A DNA stretch of 63,041 nucleotides, filler included, from Craspedostauros australis (lineage: Eukaryota): assembly GCA_030167865.1 (NCBI GenBank). It is 22 parts of 22 records of this genome, joined end to end, with 100 filler letters (N's around TTAATTAATTAA, not from the genome) between each part and the next. Parts side by side here need not be neighbours in the genome. Positions count along the whole stretch, not along the records: positions 24,650 to 25,930 come from JALAGF010000664.1; positions 26,031 to 27,904 come from JALAGF010000665.1; positions 28,005 to 34,489 come from JALAGF010000666.1; positions 34,590 to 36,556 come from JALAGF010000667.1; 18 more parts are not named here. One strand, given 5' to 3'. The position numbers and the translations under genes were made by a program. Shown here piece after piece: positions 24,650 through 34,737 of the stretch. Each line of letters starts with the position of its first letter. Position 1 is the stretch's first letter. Below the pieces are notes generated by a model, which was not told where the DNA came from, made no database searches, and was given only the letters and a program-made list of their open reading frames with translations.

Positions 24650-25930
24650 GTTGGTGAGCATGGTTTCCAATGCCTCATTCAACGAGGAGGTGATGCTGAC
24701 CTGCTGGACTTGGTTGATGTGGTCAAACCCTCCGCGAAAAAGGATATCAGCGAGGGTTTGGATGACCATAGGAGTCCTCTCGTCGTTTTGGAGGACGGCC
24801 TTGATCTGAGCTGTGGGGTCGTGGGGCATCTGGAACATGGATGGTTGCATCATCGCTGGTCCATGGTTGCTGGACATGATGTATCCAGACCAAAGACGTC
24901 GTGGCGATGGGTATGCAATCGCTGGTCGGGGCTCCGTCCGGGCCCTCTTGTTAGCGTTGCTGGTCTCCGGAGTGCTGGGAGTCAATGGTAGGGGATGGTT
25001 CAGGATGGGAAAACTGTGAGTGTTGGCGTTCACATCCTCATTGTGGATCACAGGTGCCGGGTACGCGGTTGCTACCGGTACGTCATCATCAATTGGTTCC
25101 TCCGGTAGTGTAGGAGGCTCTGGTTGTTCGTCTTGGGTTGAGGGAGGCATCGGCTCTGCTGCCTCGGGAGGATTCTCCGCGACCGTGATGGGAGCTTTCT
25201 TCGCGTTGATGGTCCCACTCGTGGTTTTCTTGGCGGACCTGACCTGTTTGATCGTCTTGATTCCCGACATTCCCGAGGAAATGGTGGAGTCCTCGGATTC
25301 GTCGAAGAGCCCCTCTCTTTTGGGGCGATTGCTTTGCTTGCTGTTGGCTCCAGAGCTGGGTCGTCGCGACGCTTGGTTCCGTTTGATCGGCTTGCCTTCT
25401 GGTCGGTAGATGGACCCAGAATCGTCACTGTCGCCGGGCTCTGGGATGGACGCGCTGTCCACGGAATGGTCGGTTGGGATTATGGGCTTTGGGCGTACCT
25501 TGTCGGTATACCCTTGTCCATCTCGCGTGGCGGTCAAGATTTTGGACGCCGGTGATGGTCGTGATGATCGTCTGACGGGAGGTCTGGGATGGCTGATCAC
25601 CGCTCCACTCGCGATCTCTGCTTCCACGTCAATCACGCTTCCTGGGTCCTGCGATTCTTGGTCTCCATCGTGGTGCGCCTCTGATTCAGACTCCTGGTGG
25701 CTGGCTTCTTCTGCGGTCATCTTCTCGTCGAAGAATCCGTCAGGGATCTCATCCAGGAACCTGCCTTCTGGTGTCTCTCCCTCTTCGAGACTGGGACGGG
25801 TATCTTCGAGGGATGGTATCCCATTGACCATCTCATCATCATCGGAAGGGGGAAAAGGCTCGTTCGCGAGTGCTTTCTTCTCTCGTGCGAAGTTGGTGGC
25901 GAGGGTGTCGCTTTGTTTCCGGACCATTCG
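24650..25930 (-). CDS. Acidic/Pro-rich hypothetical ORF fragment, possibly a retroelement structural ORF
   Basis: Frame open across the whole 1.28-kb contig. No diagnostic motif recognised. Confidence 0.45.
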
Positions 25931-26596
25931 NNNNNNNNNNNNNNNNNNNNNNNNNNNNNNNNNNNNNNNNNNNNTTAATTAATTAANNNNNNNNNNNNNN
26001 NNNNNNNNNNNNNNNNNNNNNNNNNNNNNNATTGACTCGTCGCTCTTTCTGAGCAACAACATAGAGGAACAGCCTGAGGAGGCTACGATAATACTGGGCT
26101 GCAACATGTGCAGATCCCGCCATGGCCGGCACAGCCTGCATAGTGCGGTGTCTCCTTTGACTACCATGTGCTGGTGGTTTTCGATCAACACCAGAGAGAC
26201 ATCAACTCAGTGTTATCGCAAATGCGAAACTGAGTGGCAATGATGGACGCATCAAGCATGTGATCGACATGTTCGTTCCTTGAGTCGGCTGCCCATGGTG
26301 GTGGTACAGATCCTGGGTCAAAATTCCCGCTTCGCGACTTCACTGTATACGGAACAGGCACGCAGTAGCACGACTGCTGGGGGAAATGGACATGATGTGA
26401 TGAGACTAACTGCAGACGCGCCGTGTTCCAGCGTGTTAATCTGCCTTCGCTTTGTTTGTTGATCTGTTGTTTTGAGCGTCACGGAACGCATTCGCTTTTC
26501 TCACAAAAACTACAATTCGCACGATTAACACACGATTACAACACAGACAACAACAGCAACCAAGACGAGTATACCAACGCATGAAAGACAACCACC

Positions 26597-27904
26597 ATGG
26601 CAGGAGCAGCAGCTGAGATACAGAACTACCTTCGAAATGTGCTACTGTTTCCAGAAGATGCAATGGGTCAAGCGTTGAAGGAGCAAGGGATTGCGTCATT
26701 CGACGACCTGCTCGCCTTTGATGATGACGAGATCCAAGGCTTATGCAAGACAATTCGACAAGGCAGTGGCTACATTCAGAACCCATCATTCGTACCCTCA
26801 AAGCCAGATACTGGAATACCGACGATGATCAAGAATCCAGGAGTGCCTTTTGGATGGGTCTACGAACAGCGATTGCGACAACTTCGATATTTGCGATTTC
26901 ACTACAGCCGCATTCAACGGACTTTCACGTCTTCGAACGCCACACTATCAAGATTGAAGAGTGTGTGGAGCTTGTTCAAGGAAGAGAAACGCATCAAGAA
27001 AGCGGACCCTTTGCCAATACCAGAATTGCTTACCAAGATCGAGAATGTCAGGGAAACATTGGAGGACATCAAGAACTATTTGGAGAATACGCTTGGAAGC
27101 AGGGACGTGCCTTTGGCATACGTCATTCGGCCAGATTCGGCAAAACCAGAAGACAGATCTCCGCCTGTGATACAAGGATTTGGAGAGCCGACATTATTGG
27201 ACGAACTCATTGATCGAGCACCACACGTGGACTTGACCTACAGGACAGACAATGCAGCAGTTTGGCAAGTGATCCGAGCTGTGACACATGGAGGCCCAGC
27301 GTGGAATTGGGTGCAAGGATTCGAACGATCCAAAAATGGACGCGCAGGACATCAGGCGTTGGAGCAACACTATCGTGGAGACTCTTACCAAGCGAGAACG
27401 AAAGCGTCAGCAGACAAGATTATCGCAGAGTCTTACTTTGATGGAAAAGCACGAAACTTCACGTTCGAGACTTATGCGCAACGACTAAATGCAGCCTTCG
27501 AGGACCTCGCACAAGGTGGTGAACCACAAGTCGAAGAGGCAAAAGTGCGACGTCTCACTCGCGGCATCAAGGATGACCGTCTCAAGGCAGCATGCGAAGT
27601 CGTACGTGCAACACCATCAATTCGATCCAGCTTCCACAACACAGTCAACTATTTGTCGGAATCATTGGACCAACGCACTGATACTGCAGTCAACCGACGT
27701 ATCGCAGGACTACAAGGCAATAGTCCAAAGTACCGGCGTCGCTCAGGTGGAGGCAGAGGCCGGGGTGGCAGAGGTGGTCGAGGAAGAGGTGGTGACAAGA
27801 GCAAGCCACAGTATGATGCGAATATGAAAGTCACAGACAGATATTACGATCGAGATGAGTGGGCGGCAATGTCAGCATCGCAAAGGGCTCGTGCTATTGC
27901 ATTA
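26597..27904 (+). mobile_element. CoDi-type copia Gag ORF (5' part of the polyprotein)
   Basis: VPLAYVIR, DNAAVWQVI, GRAGHQALEQHYRG, YFDGKARNFTFETY, an RGG box and VTDRYYDRDEWAAMSASQR, motifs I recognise from diatom CoDi Gag. Confidence 0.85.
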
Positions 27905-28152
27905 NNNNNNNNNNNNNNNNNNNNNNNNNNNNNNNNNNNNNNNNNNNNTTAATTAATTAANNNNNNNNNNNNNNNNNNNNNNNNNNNNNNNNNNNNNNNN
28001 NNNNCAAGGTGAGCAGAATCAAACATTGTTGTTGCTATTGATGACACCAACACTCATAACAACACTCACACCAACACCACAACTCCACAGTTTCTTGTTG
28101 CTGTCGCCTTTTCGCCTCCAATCACTTCCGCCGAACGGCTGTCAACAGCAAG

Positions 28153-31100
28153 ATGGGCGACGACGCGCCGACGGCTGAAGATGATCAAAATACACTTATC
28201 GATCTCGACTCAATCTTCAACAAAAAGGAGTTCTGGGCCGACATGTCGAACTTGGATAAGGACAAGGAAGCACAAAACCATCTGGAGGAGTGCGCCACCA
28301 AGGCCCTGAGGAAGGTTGGCGTCGTCGCCCCCGATGAGACCCGCATCAAGACGACGAGCCGACAGATTCGTTCGAAATGGGACAACTGCCGCAAACACGT
28401 TTGCGTGCAGGTGCGCAAAGGCCTTACCGCTGCACAACTGTGCGGCAATGTTGAGGAATACGCCATTGATCAGAGCTCCACCTCGGTGTCAACGTGGCTC
28501 CTGACCTTCCTTCGTGGCAAGAATGCAATCCCCCAGTGCATCCTCGACGCTATCCAGGAACCCAACGACGATGATCATCTTATCGTTGACGGTAACCCAC
28601 ACCAGTCAGTTCTCAACCTGTTGAAGGAGATCCGCGGTGAAGACCCCAAGGGCTTTCGTGGTCTGAAGTACACCTCGGACATCATCCACCAAAATGAAAC
28701 TGAATTCGCACACTTCATCGGCAACCCCAACTTTCGACATGCAGGAAAGACCGACTTGATCCCCAAACAAGTCTTCATCCAAGCGCCCACACCAACAGGC
28801 ACCCACCAGGACGAGCGGGTCCATGTGTACCACGAAGAGAGCGGTAGTGGCAAGACCGTGCAGCTTGCGGCGAGCGCATACACCAGAGGCGCTCTGTTCA
28901 CTATCATGCTCAACACCGACGATGTGAAACTTCTCCCTTCATCGAATGCTGATGAAGTAGACAAGGACGACCGAATGAACAAGTCCTGGACGAAGCTCAC
29001 AGATGAAGTCGGATCGATCCTCACGCGAGACAAAAATAGTCTCGACAGGCTTGTCGACTTCCTGGAAAAGTTGGATAAGGTGGTGGAAGAGAAGACCACA
29101 CTGTTCATCGTCGTTGGGATTGACGAAGCAAGCAAGTCCCCAAACTTCGTCCGGGCCATCATCCAGAGCCACAGTGACTTTGGAACGGATCTGGGGAAGT
29201 TCATCCAGCGCAAATGCACTGAGGAGGTCGCAAAGCAAGCCAATTCCGCTCCAGCAGGAGAAACACAAGACTCTTCGAATGCGAATGGACAGGACCTTTG
29301 TGTTCTCAATCACATTGACATCAAAGTCCTATTCTCTGTGGCAGGCACCGGTGCCGGCCAAACACCGGCGGGATCAATCCCCAAGAACTTCACTCACCTC
29401 CATATTTCTGCAAAGCTGAATCCCGCAGACGTCTACCACATTCTTCGCAGCGAATACGTGAAAGACGTGAAAGACGGCACGAATACCATCATACCAGAGT
29501 ACACAGAGGTTAAGAAGTTCCCTCTCCTCAAGGCCATCGTTGATTCCAACGCCCGGATGATCTCGATCTACATGCGAGTGTCAAACAATCGACAAAAGTC
29601 CAACCAAAGAACCGGAAAGAAGTCAAGTGAGAATGAATACGAGCAGAATGCCATCCTTTCCGAAACCTTCACCGCCTTCATGAAAAGCAATGGCTTGATT
29701 ACTCTGGTGCATAATCCTTACCTTGCGCGGCTCACAGCATCCCAGGCTTTGGCGGTTCTTCTTTTCCAACAGAATAAACCTTTCCGCAACCCGCTCACCA
29801 ATGATCAACTGAACAACATGGACTACGGGATCACCTTCCAGCGCTTCAAGGACGACGTCGACGCCGACGCCGACACCGACGCCAGCGATGCCATCATGCG
29901 TCGGTTGGTCGTCACGTATGGCTTAGTCACCGCAAGGCCACTCAAAGGTAAAGGGAACTGCACTCCCCAGGCAAAGCCATTCGCGCTCAGCGATGCCATG
30001 CAGCTCCTTTGCCTTTGGCTCATCCAAGGCGGTGAAGCAGTTGCGGCTGAGAAATCGTTTCTCGGAACAACCTCGACCAGCTTTGAAACCCTCACTGCGC
30101 TGCTGGCCGGGGCCGCCATCGCTGCGTCCTCCGTCGTCAAGAAAGATGGCGATGGGCGCGTCATTGCTGCTCCCGCCAATGGTCCCAATCCTAACACGGT
30201 TGGGCAGCAGAAAGCAGACATCTTTGCTGCTCTGGGCAAGGTCGGCATGAGCATCACACCACACCTGACAAACAATAGGTTTTCCCACTACACATGCGAA
30301 ACGACCGACGGAGACAAATGTGTGGAAAAAAACGCCGGCCATCAGTTTTCGGCTCTCAAGAATACCCACCCGGCCTTACTTCCAGACAATCTCGAAATTC
30401 CTCGGGTGTACTTCCACAAGTCAATGATGACTTCCGTCGAGAGCGGCGTGGACAAGCGGCGCATCCGGGCTGCTACTCGTACAAAATTCGAGGATGCTAT
30501 CTCCACTGCTCATATGGAAGCCGCGTACCGTGTCAGCACTGTTTCTGAACAACTCCATCAAGTCATCAACGGTACTCCTAGTGACCAACGCACGATAGCC
30601 ATCGGCGATGCTGCACAACTCATGGAAGACATCAAGACTACTACTGCACACGCCTTGGCCTGCATCACGGGTACTGCGGCACAAGACCAGGCAAACACCA
30701 ACGCTGTTGCTCTACCGGGCCTGGTAGCCACCAACGCTGTTGCTGTACTAGGCCTGGCAGCCGCCAACGCTGCTACTGCTGCTGCTGCACTAGGCCTGGC
30801 AGCCACCAACGCTGCTACTGCTGCTGCTGCTGCTGCACTAGACCGGGCAGCCAAGAACGCTGCTGCTGCTGCTGCTGCGCAAGGCCGGGCAGCCAAGAAC
30901 GCTGCTGCGCAAGGCCGGGTAGCCAAGAACGCTGCTGTGCAAGGCCAGGCAGCTGCTCTTGCGCAAGGCCTGGCAGCCGTCATGGCTGCTGCTGCGCAAG
31001 GCCTGGCAGCCACCAAAGCTGCTGCTGCGCAAGGCCTGGCAACCAAGAGCGTTGCTGCTGCACTAGGCCAGGCAGTCACCAACGCTGCTGCTGCTGCACT

Positions 31101-32352
31101 AGGCCAGGCAGTCACCGACGCTGCTGCACTAGGCCAGGCAGTCACCGACGCTGCTGAAGCACAAGGCCTGGCAGTCACCAACGCTACTGCTGCACTAGGC
31201 CAGGCAGCCACCAACGCTGCTGCTGCAAAAAGCCTGGCAGCCACCAACGCTAATGATGCTATGGTTTTACTAGATCAGGCAGCCCAGGGCGCTGCTGTTG
31301 AAGCTGCTGATGATGCACTAGTTCAGGCAGCCAAGGCCGCTGCTGCTGCTGATGCACAAGACCTGAGTGCCAAGGCCGCTGCTGCTGCTGATGCTGCACA
31401 AGACCTGAGAGCCAGGAACGCTTCTGCAGCAGAACACCTGAAAGCCGCCAAAGCTGCTACCGCAGACGCTGCGGGTGCTATTTTCCGCGGCATGGATGTA
31501 GAGCACATGCAGGCAAAAGGAATCTCGGCGTCTTCTCCGCTGATGAACATGACTGAACACGAAATCACAGCGTGGTTGGAGGACCATCATTCAATTTTCA
31601 TCGATCGCGACCTACTCCGCCAACTCAAGGTGCTCTGGGACGCCGTGGGACAATCCAACAGCGGGCAACACAACGGTCAGCAAGACAGCGGTCAGCAAGA
31701 CAACTATCAGGAAGACGCGAACCCGGCCGCCGCCCCCGCTCCCGCCAACGCATCTCACAGCACAACCACAGTGAAATATTTCTTCAACCTGCCACTCATC
31801 CACGTTGCAGAAGGTAGCAGTGAGTTCGCAGATGCCTACGTCACCTTCCTTACGGAGAAGATGGACACCACCACAGGTAAGAAGATCTACGGTTTGCGAA
31901 CAATCTGCATCCAAGCCAAAGATTACGCCAAGGATACAAGCCCAAAAATGGAAACTTACAAGAAAAATGCCTCCGCAGTGGCGAACCCCGCACTGGACCC
32001 TCTCTTTGGCGACGACCGGATCTACACTGCTGCAGGTACGCGAAACGCAGTTGCTTGGAACTGCAGGGAAGAATTTCCATACGTTCCTTTCGTGGTGGAT
32101 GATTCCAAAATCCTGGAGAATCAGATGGAAGCGATGAGTAAGCGCCGCTCCAAGACTGCAAAACATGGCGCGCATGCTGTGCTCTGCATCGGACCATCAA
32201 AAATTGCGCCATCATCCACACAAGGCGCAAACAAAAGGCCCGACGCACAACCCGTTCTCCCCGGAGAAACCAAGAAAAGAAGCATTGAACGTGGGCAAGA
32301 TGCTTCAAGCGACAGCCAACCTGCAGCAAAAAAGCAAAGACAAAGCGCCTGA
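28153..32352 (+). CDS. P-loop NTPase + Ala-rich repeat insert + PD-(D/E)XK-like nuclease (Crinkler/RHS-like), family member 2, complete 1399 aa
   Basis: Uninterrupted ORF. Walker A EESGSGKT (~28834-28857) and Walker B IVVGIDEA (~29107-29130), then FSVAGTG and SNARMISI. Nuclease-like FADAYVTF (~31825)...ICIQAKDY (~31903). Basic NLS-like tail (KKRS...KKQR). Confidence 0.85.
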   Translation: MGDDAPTAEDDQNTLIDLDSIFNKKEFWADMSNLDKDKEAQNHLEECATKALRKVGVVAPDETRIKTTSRQIRSKWDNCRKHVCVQVRKGLTAAQLCGNVEEYAIDQSSTSVSTWLLTFLRGKNAIPQCILDAIQEPNDDDHLIVDGNPHQSVLNLLKEIRGEDPKGFRGLKYTSDIIHQNETEFAHFIGNPNFRHAGKTDLIPKQVFIQAPTPTGTHQDERVHVYHEESGSGKTVQLAASAYTRGALFTIMLNTDDVKLLPSSNADEVDKDDRMNKSWTKLTDEVGSILTRDKNSLDRLVDFLEKLDKVVEEKTTLFIVVGIDEASKSPNFVRAIIQSHSDFGTDLGKFIQRKCTEEVAKQANSAPAGETQDSSNANGQDLCVLNHIDIKVLFSVAGTGAGQTPAGSIPKNFTHLHISAKLNPADVYHILRSEYVKDVKDGTNTIIPEYTEVKKFPLLKAIVDSNARMISIYMRVSNNRQKSNQRTGKKSSENEYEQNAILSETFTAFMKSNGLITLVHNPYLARLTASQALAVLLFQQNKPFRNPLTNDQLNNMDYGITFQRFKDDVDADADTDASDAIMRRLVVTYGLVTARPLKGKGNCTPQAKPFALSDAMQLLCLWLIQGGEAVAAEKSFLGTTSTSFETLTALLAGAAIAASSVVKKDGDGRVIAAPANGPNPNTVGQQKADIFAALGKVGMSITPHLTNNRFSHYTCETTDGDKCVEKNAGHQFSALKNTHPALLPDNLEIPRVYFHKSMMTSVESGVDKRRIRAATRTKFEDAISTAHMEAAYRVSTVSEQLHQVINGTPSDQRTIAIGDAAQLMEDIKTTTAHALACITGTAAQDQANTNAVALPGLVATNAVAVLGLAAANAATAAAALGLAATNAATAAAAAALDRAAKNAAAAAAAQGRAAKNAAAQGRVAKNAAVQGQAAALAQGLAAVMAAAAQGLAATKAAAAQGLATKSVAAALGQAVTNAAAAALGQAVTDAAALGQAVTDAAEAQGLAVTNATAALGQAATNAAAAKSLAATNANDAMVLLDQAAQGAAVEAADDALVQAAKAAAAADAQDLSAKAAAAADAAQDLRARNASAAEHLKAAKAATADAAGAIFRGMDVEHMQAKGISASSPLMNMTEHEITAWLEDHHSIFIDRDLLRQLKVLWDAVGQSNSGQHNGQQDSGQQDNYQEDANPAAAPAPANASHSTTTVKYFFNLPLIHVAEGSSEFADAYVTFLTEKMDTTTGKKIYGLRTICIQAKDYAKDTSPKMETYKKNASAVANPALDPLFGDDRIYTAAGTRNAVAWNCREEFPYVPFVVDDSKILENQMEAMSKRRSKTAKHGAHAVLCIGPSKIAPSSTQGANKRPDAQPVLPGETKKRSIERGQDASSDSQPAAKKQRQSA
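30690..31480 (+). repeat. In-frame coding minisatellite, ~30-42-bp units (GGCCWGGCAGYCACCAAC-(GCT)n-GCACTA/GCGCAA)
   Basis: About 20 degenerate units encoding G(L/Q/R)A(A/V)(T/K)NAAA...(L/Q); the reading frame stays open throughout. Confidence 0.9.
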
Positions 32353-32907
32353 CGGCAGCGATGAATCGCAACAACGTCGGGGCAACTGTGGGCATTGTGC
32401 CATGAATCAACAACCAGGCAGCCGGACCAAGATGGCAAATGTCGCATGCCTCGCGAAGGCCTCGTTCATCACCGACACCAACCAAAGGAGCACACCGAAA
32501 AGGGGTTCGGTGTTTCCAACCTATGCATACATGCATTCATCCATCCATACATGCATCCTTCAGAACATCTGGTGGTTCTGATGAGTTGCGCAACGACACT
32601 TTTGCCAGTACCAATGCATGGCCCTTCGGAAGAAAGTCTGCGTTGCAGTCTTACCGAGAGTACACGTAAAGTTAATCACTAGTACCAAATACACTAATAC
32701 ATGCAACACTACAAGACAAGTGCAGCCGCGAATGCTGCGCCGGCATGATCTTCACAGCGACTAATAGGAGCCCCCGAGTGAGTCGACCTGTACTCCGTTA
32801 TTGGCCTCCAGAAATTTTCTCTCCTACATACTAACTAACCACATATTTGTAATCCTTGTAGGTCTAATACAAATAATTAACCATTACAATTTTTAATTAG
32901 ATCCTAT

Positions 32908-33114
32908 TTTAAGTTTTATGGACCGATGGATATCCATGGTGAGTTTTTTCCTTCCTTTGAAGGAAGCTTTCCTAGTGCACCTTCCTTCAAAGGAAGATCG
33001 GGGGGGTCAGAGGGCCCCAATTCTTCCTTCGAAGGAAGCCTTCCTTTGAAGGAAGAATTTTGGCCTCTCAGGAGGGGTCAAAATCCCCAAAAAAAACAGA
33101 CCCCAACGCAAACA
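32908..33114 (+). repeat. Palindrome-cluster repeat module, copy 2 (CTTCCTT-NN-AAGGAAG x4)
   Basis: Palindromes at 32951-32966, 32981-32996, 33023-33038 and 33040-33055. Arms GATATCCATGGTGAGTTTT and GGCCTCTCAGGAGGGGTC...AAAAAAACAGACCCCAACGCAAACA are shared with 13467-13641. Confidence 0.85.
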
Positions 33115-34029
33115 TGACACCCCACTGCGTCAAAATAACACGGTTTTTGCTCTACGCGATACATACGGACGTTGCAACCGCAAATTTACTTCTGGTTGCT
33201 GTGCTTTACAGACTAGTACCAAAATTGAAGCACCTGTACTCTTCATGTGCACCTCCTCCATCTAATCCAATGTATCTCCTTCGACTCAAGCAAATCCATG
33301 CATCTAATATGAATGAGGAGGATGGAAAATGGTAACAGTAATCCATATATTTCTGCTATATTACTTTAGTACAGTTGCCGTCATGGTTGCTTTGCTACGT
33401 CTACATGCAAGTTGACGTTCAGACTGACAGATGAGAGAGGACGTCCCTCCTCCACGTGTAGATGAGATGGTTCCGATTCCTCTCCTCTGGTTGCGCTCGG
33501 CGTCCATCTCGGTCGTGTTTTGATCGTTTTCCAGCTGCATGAGACGTCTTCCACATGTTACATTCAATTTCAAACAAATTTCATCGAGGCGTTGAAAAAA
33601 CTGCGAAATCACTCCGTTATGTAATAAGAGTCGTTTTGGTGTCTGCAACGACAGTTCGCGGTATCCAGATTCTGGGTTGGACAGTTGTGTCCGGTTTCTG
33701 CGCCAATGAAAGTCATCGGTTTTGAGTGGCCCAGAACAAGGAACTTGGCTTTGTTTCGGCATGGGCTTGCGTCATTGTTCATGTCCATTGCACATCAAGG
33801 CACCAGGATGGGCAGAAGACGAAAAGCCGACAGCACAGCGACAACGACAACAACGACGACAGCCACGACGAAAGTGAAAATGAAAGTGACAATGCAAGTG
33901 ACAATGCAAGTGACCACAACAGCAAAGACAATGACAACATCAACATCAACAGCACAAAACCAATCTGAAAAGCCCAGCCCCTCATCATCACATCCACATC
34001 GATGCGAGAAGCCAACCCCAAAGAGTGAC

Positions 34030-34489
34030 GGATGCAGTCCGTGTCCATGCTCCATGACAGCATCACATCAACAGCCACAGCCGCATCGATCCAAGCATGC
34101 AGTCCATGTCCATGCTCTCCAACAGCATCGCATCGACAGCCACTGCGATTGAAGCATGCCGTCCGAGTCCATGCTCCATCACAGCATCACATCCACAACC
34201 GCAACCACTGCGATTGAAGCATGCCGTCCGAGTCCATGCTCCATCACAGCATCACATCCACATCCACAGCTACAGCCACTGCGATTGAAGCATGCCGTCC
34301 GAGTCCATGCTCTCCAACAGCATCACATCCACAACCGCAACCACTGCGATTGAAGCATGCCGTCCATGTCCATGCTCTCCAACAGCATCACATCCACAAC
34401 CGCAACCACTGCGATTGAAGCATGCCGTCCGAGTCCATGCTCCATCACAGCATCACATCCACAACCGCAACCACTGCGATTGAAGCATG
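34030..34489 (+). repeat. 65-bp minisatellite
   Basis: Unit GATTGAAGCATGCCGTCCGAGTCCATGCTCCATCACAGCATCACATCCACAACCGCAACCACTGC starts at 34147, 34212, 34283, 34348, 34413 and 34478. Degenerate units from ~34030. The array runs into the gap. Confidence 0.95.
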
Positions 34490-34737
34490 NNNNNNNNNNN
34501 NNNNNNNNNNNNNNNNNNNNNNNNNNNNNNNNNTTAATTAATTAANNNNNNNNNNNNNNNNNNNNNNNNNNNNNNNNNNNNNNNNNNNNCAAGGTGAGCA
34601 GAATCAAACATTGTTGTTGCTATTGATGACACCAACACTCATAACAACACTCACACCAACACCACAACTCCACAGTTTCTTGTTGCTGTCGCCTTTTCGC
34701 CTCCAATCACTTCCGCCGAACGGCTGTCAACAGCAAG

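Noticed and set aside
30690..31480. Type I antifreeze protein
   Set aside because: The Ala-rich tract is internal to a non-secreted NTPase protein and has irregular periodicity; the resemblance is compositional only.
32352..33114. The palindrome module as the terminus of an element carrying the NTPase-nuclease gene
   Set aside because: Homology with the other copies ends on the gene-proximal side and extends away from the gene. The gene therefore appears to lie outside the element, and the link is unsupported.
33361..33762. Transposase remnant (FHW-containing ORF)
   Set aside because: Non-ATG start, short length and no convincing catalytic motif.
34147..34489. CRISPR-like array
   Set aside because: Units are head-to-tail with no unique spacers, the context is eukaryotic, and there are no cas genes.
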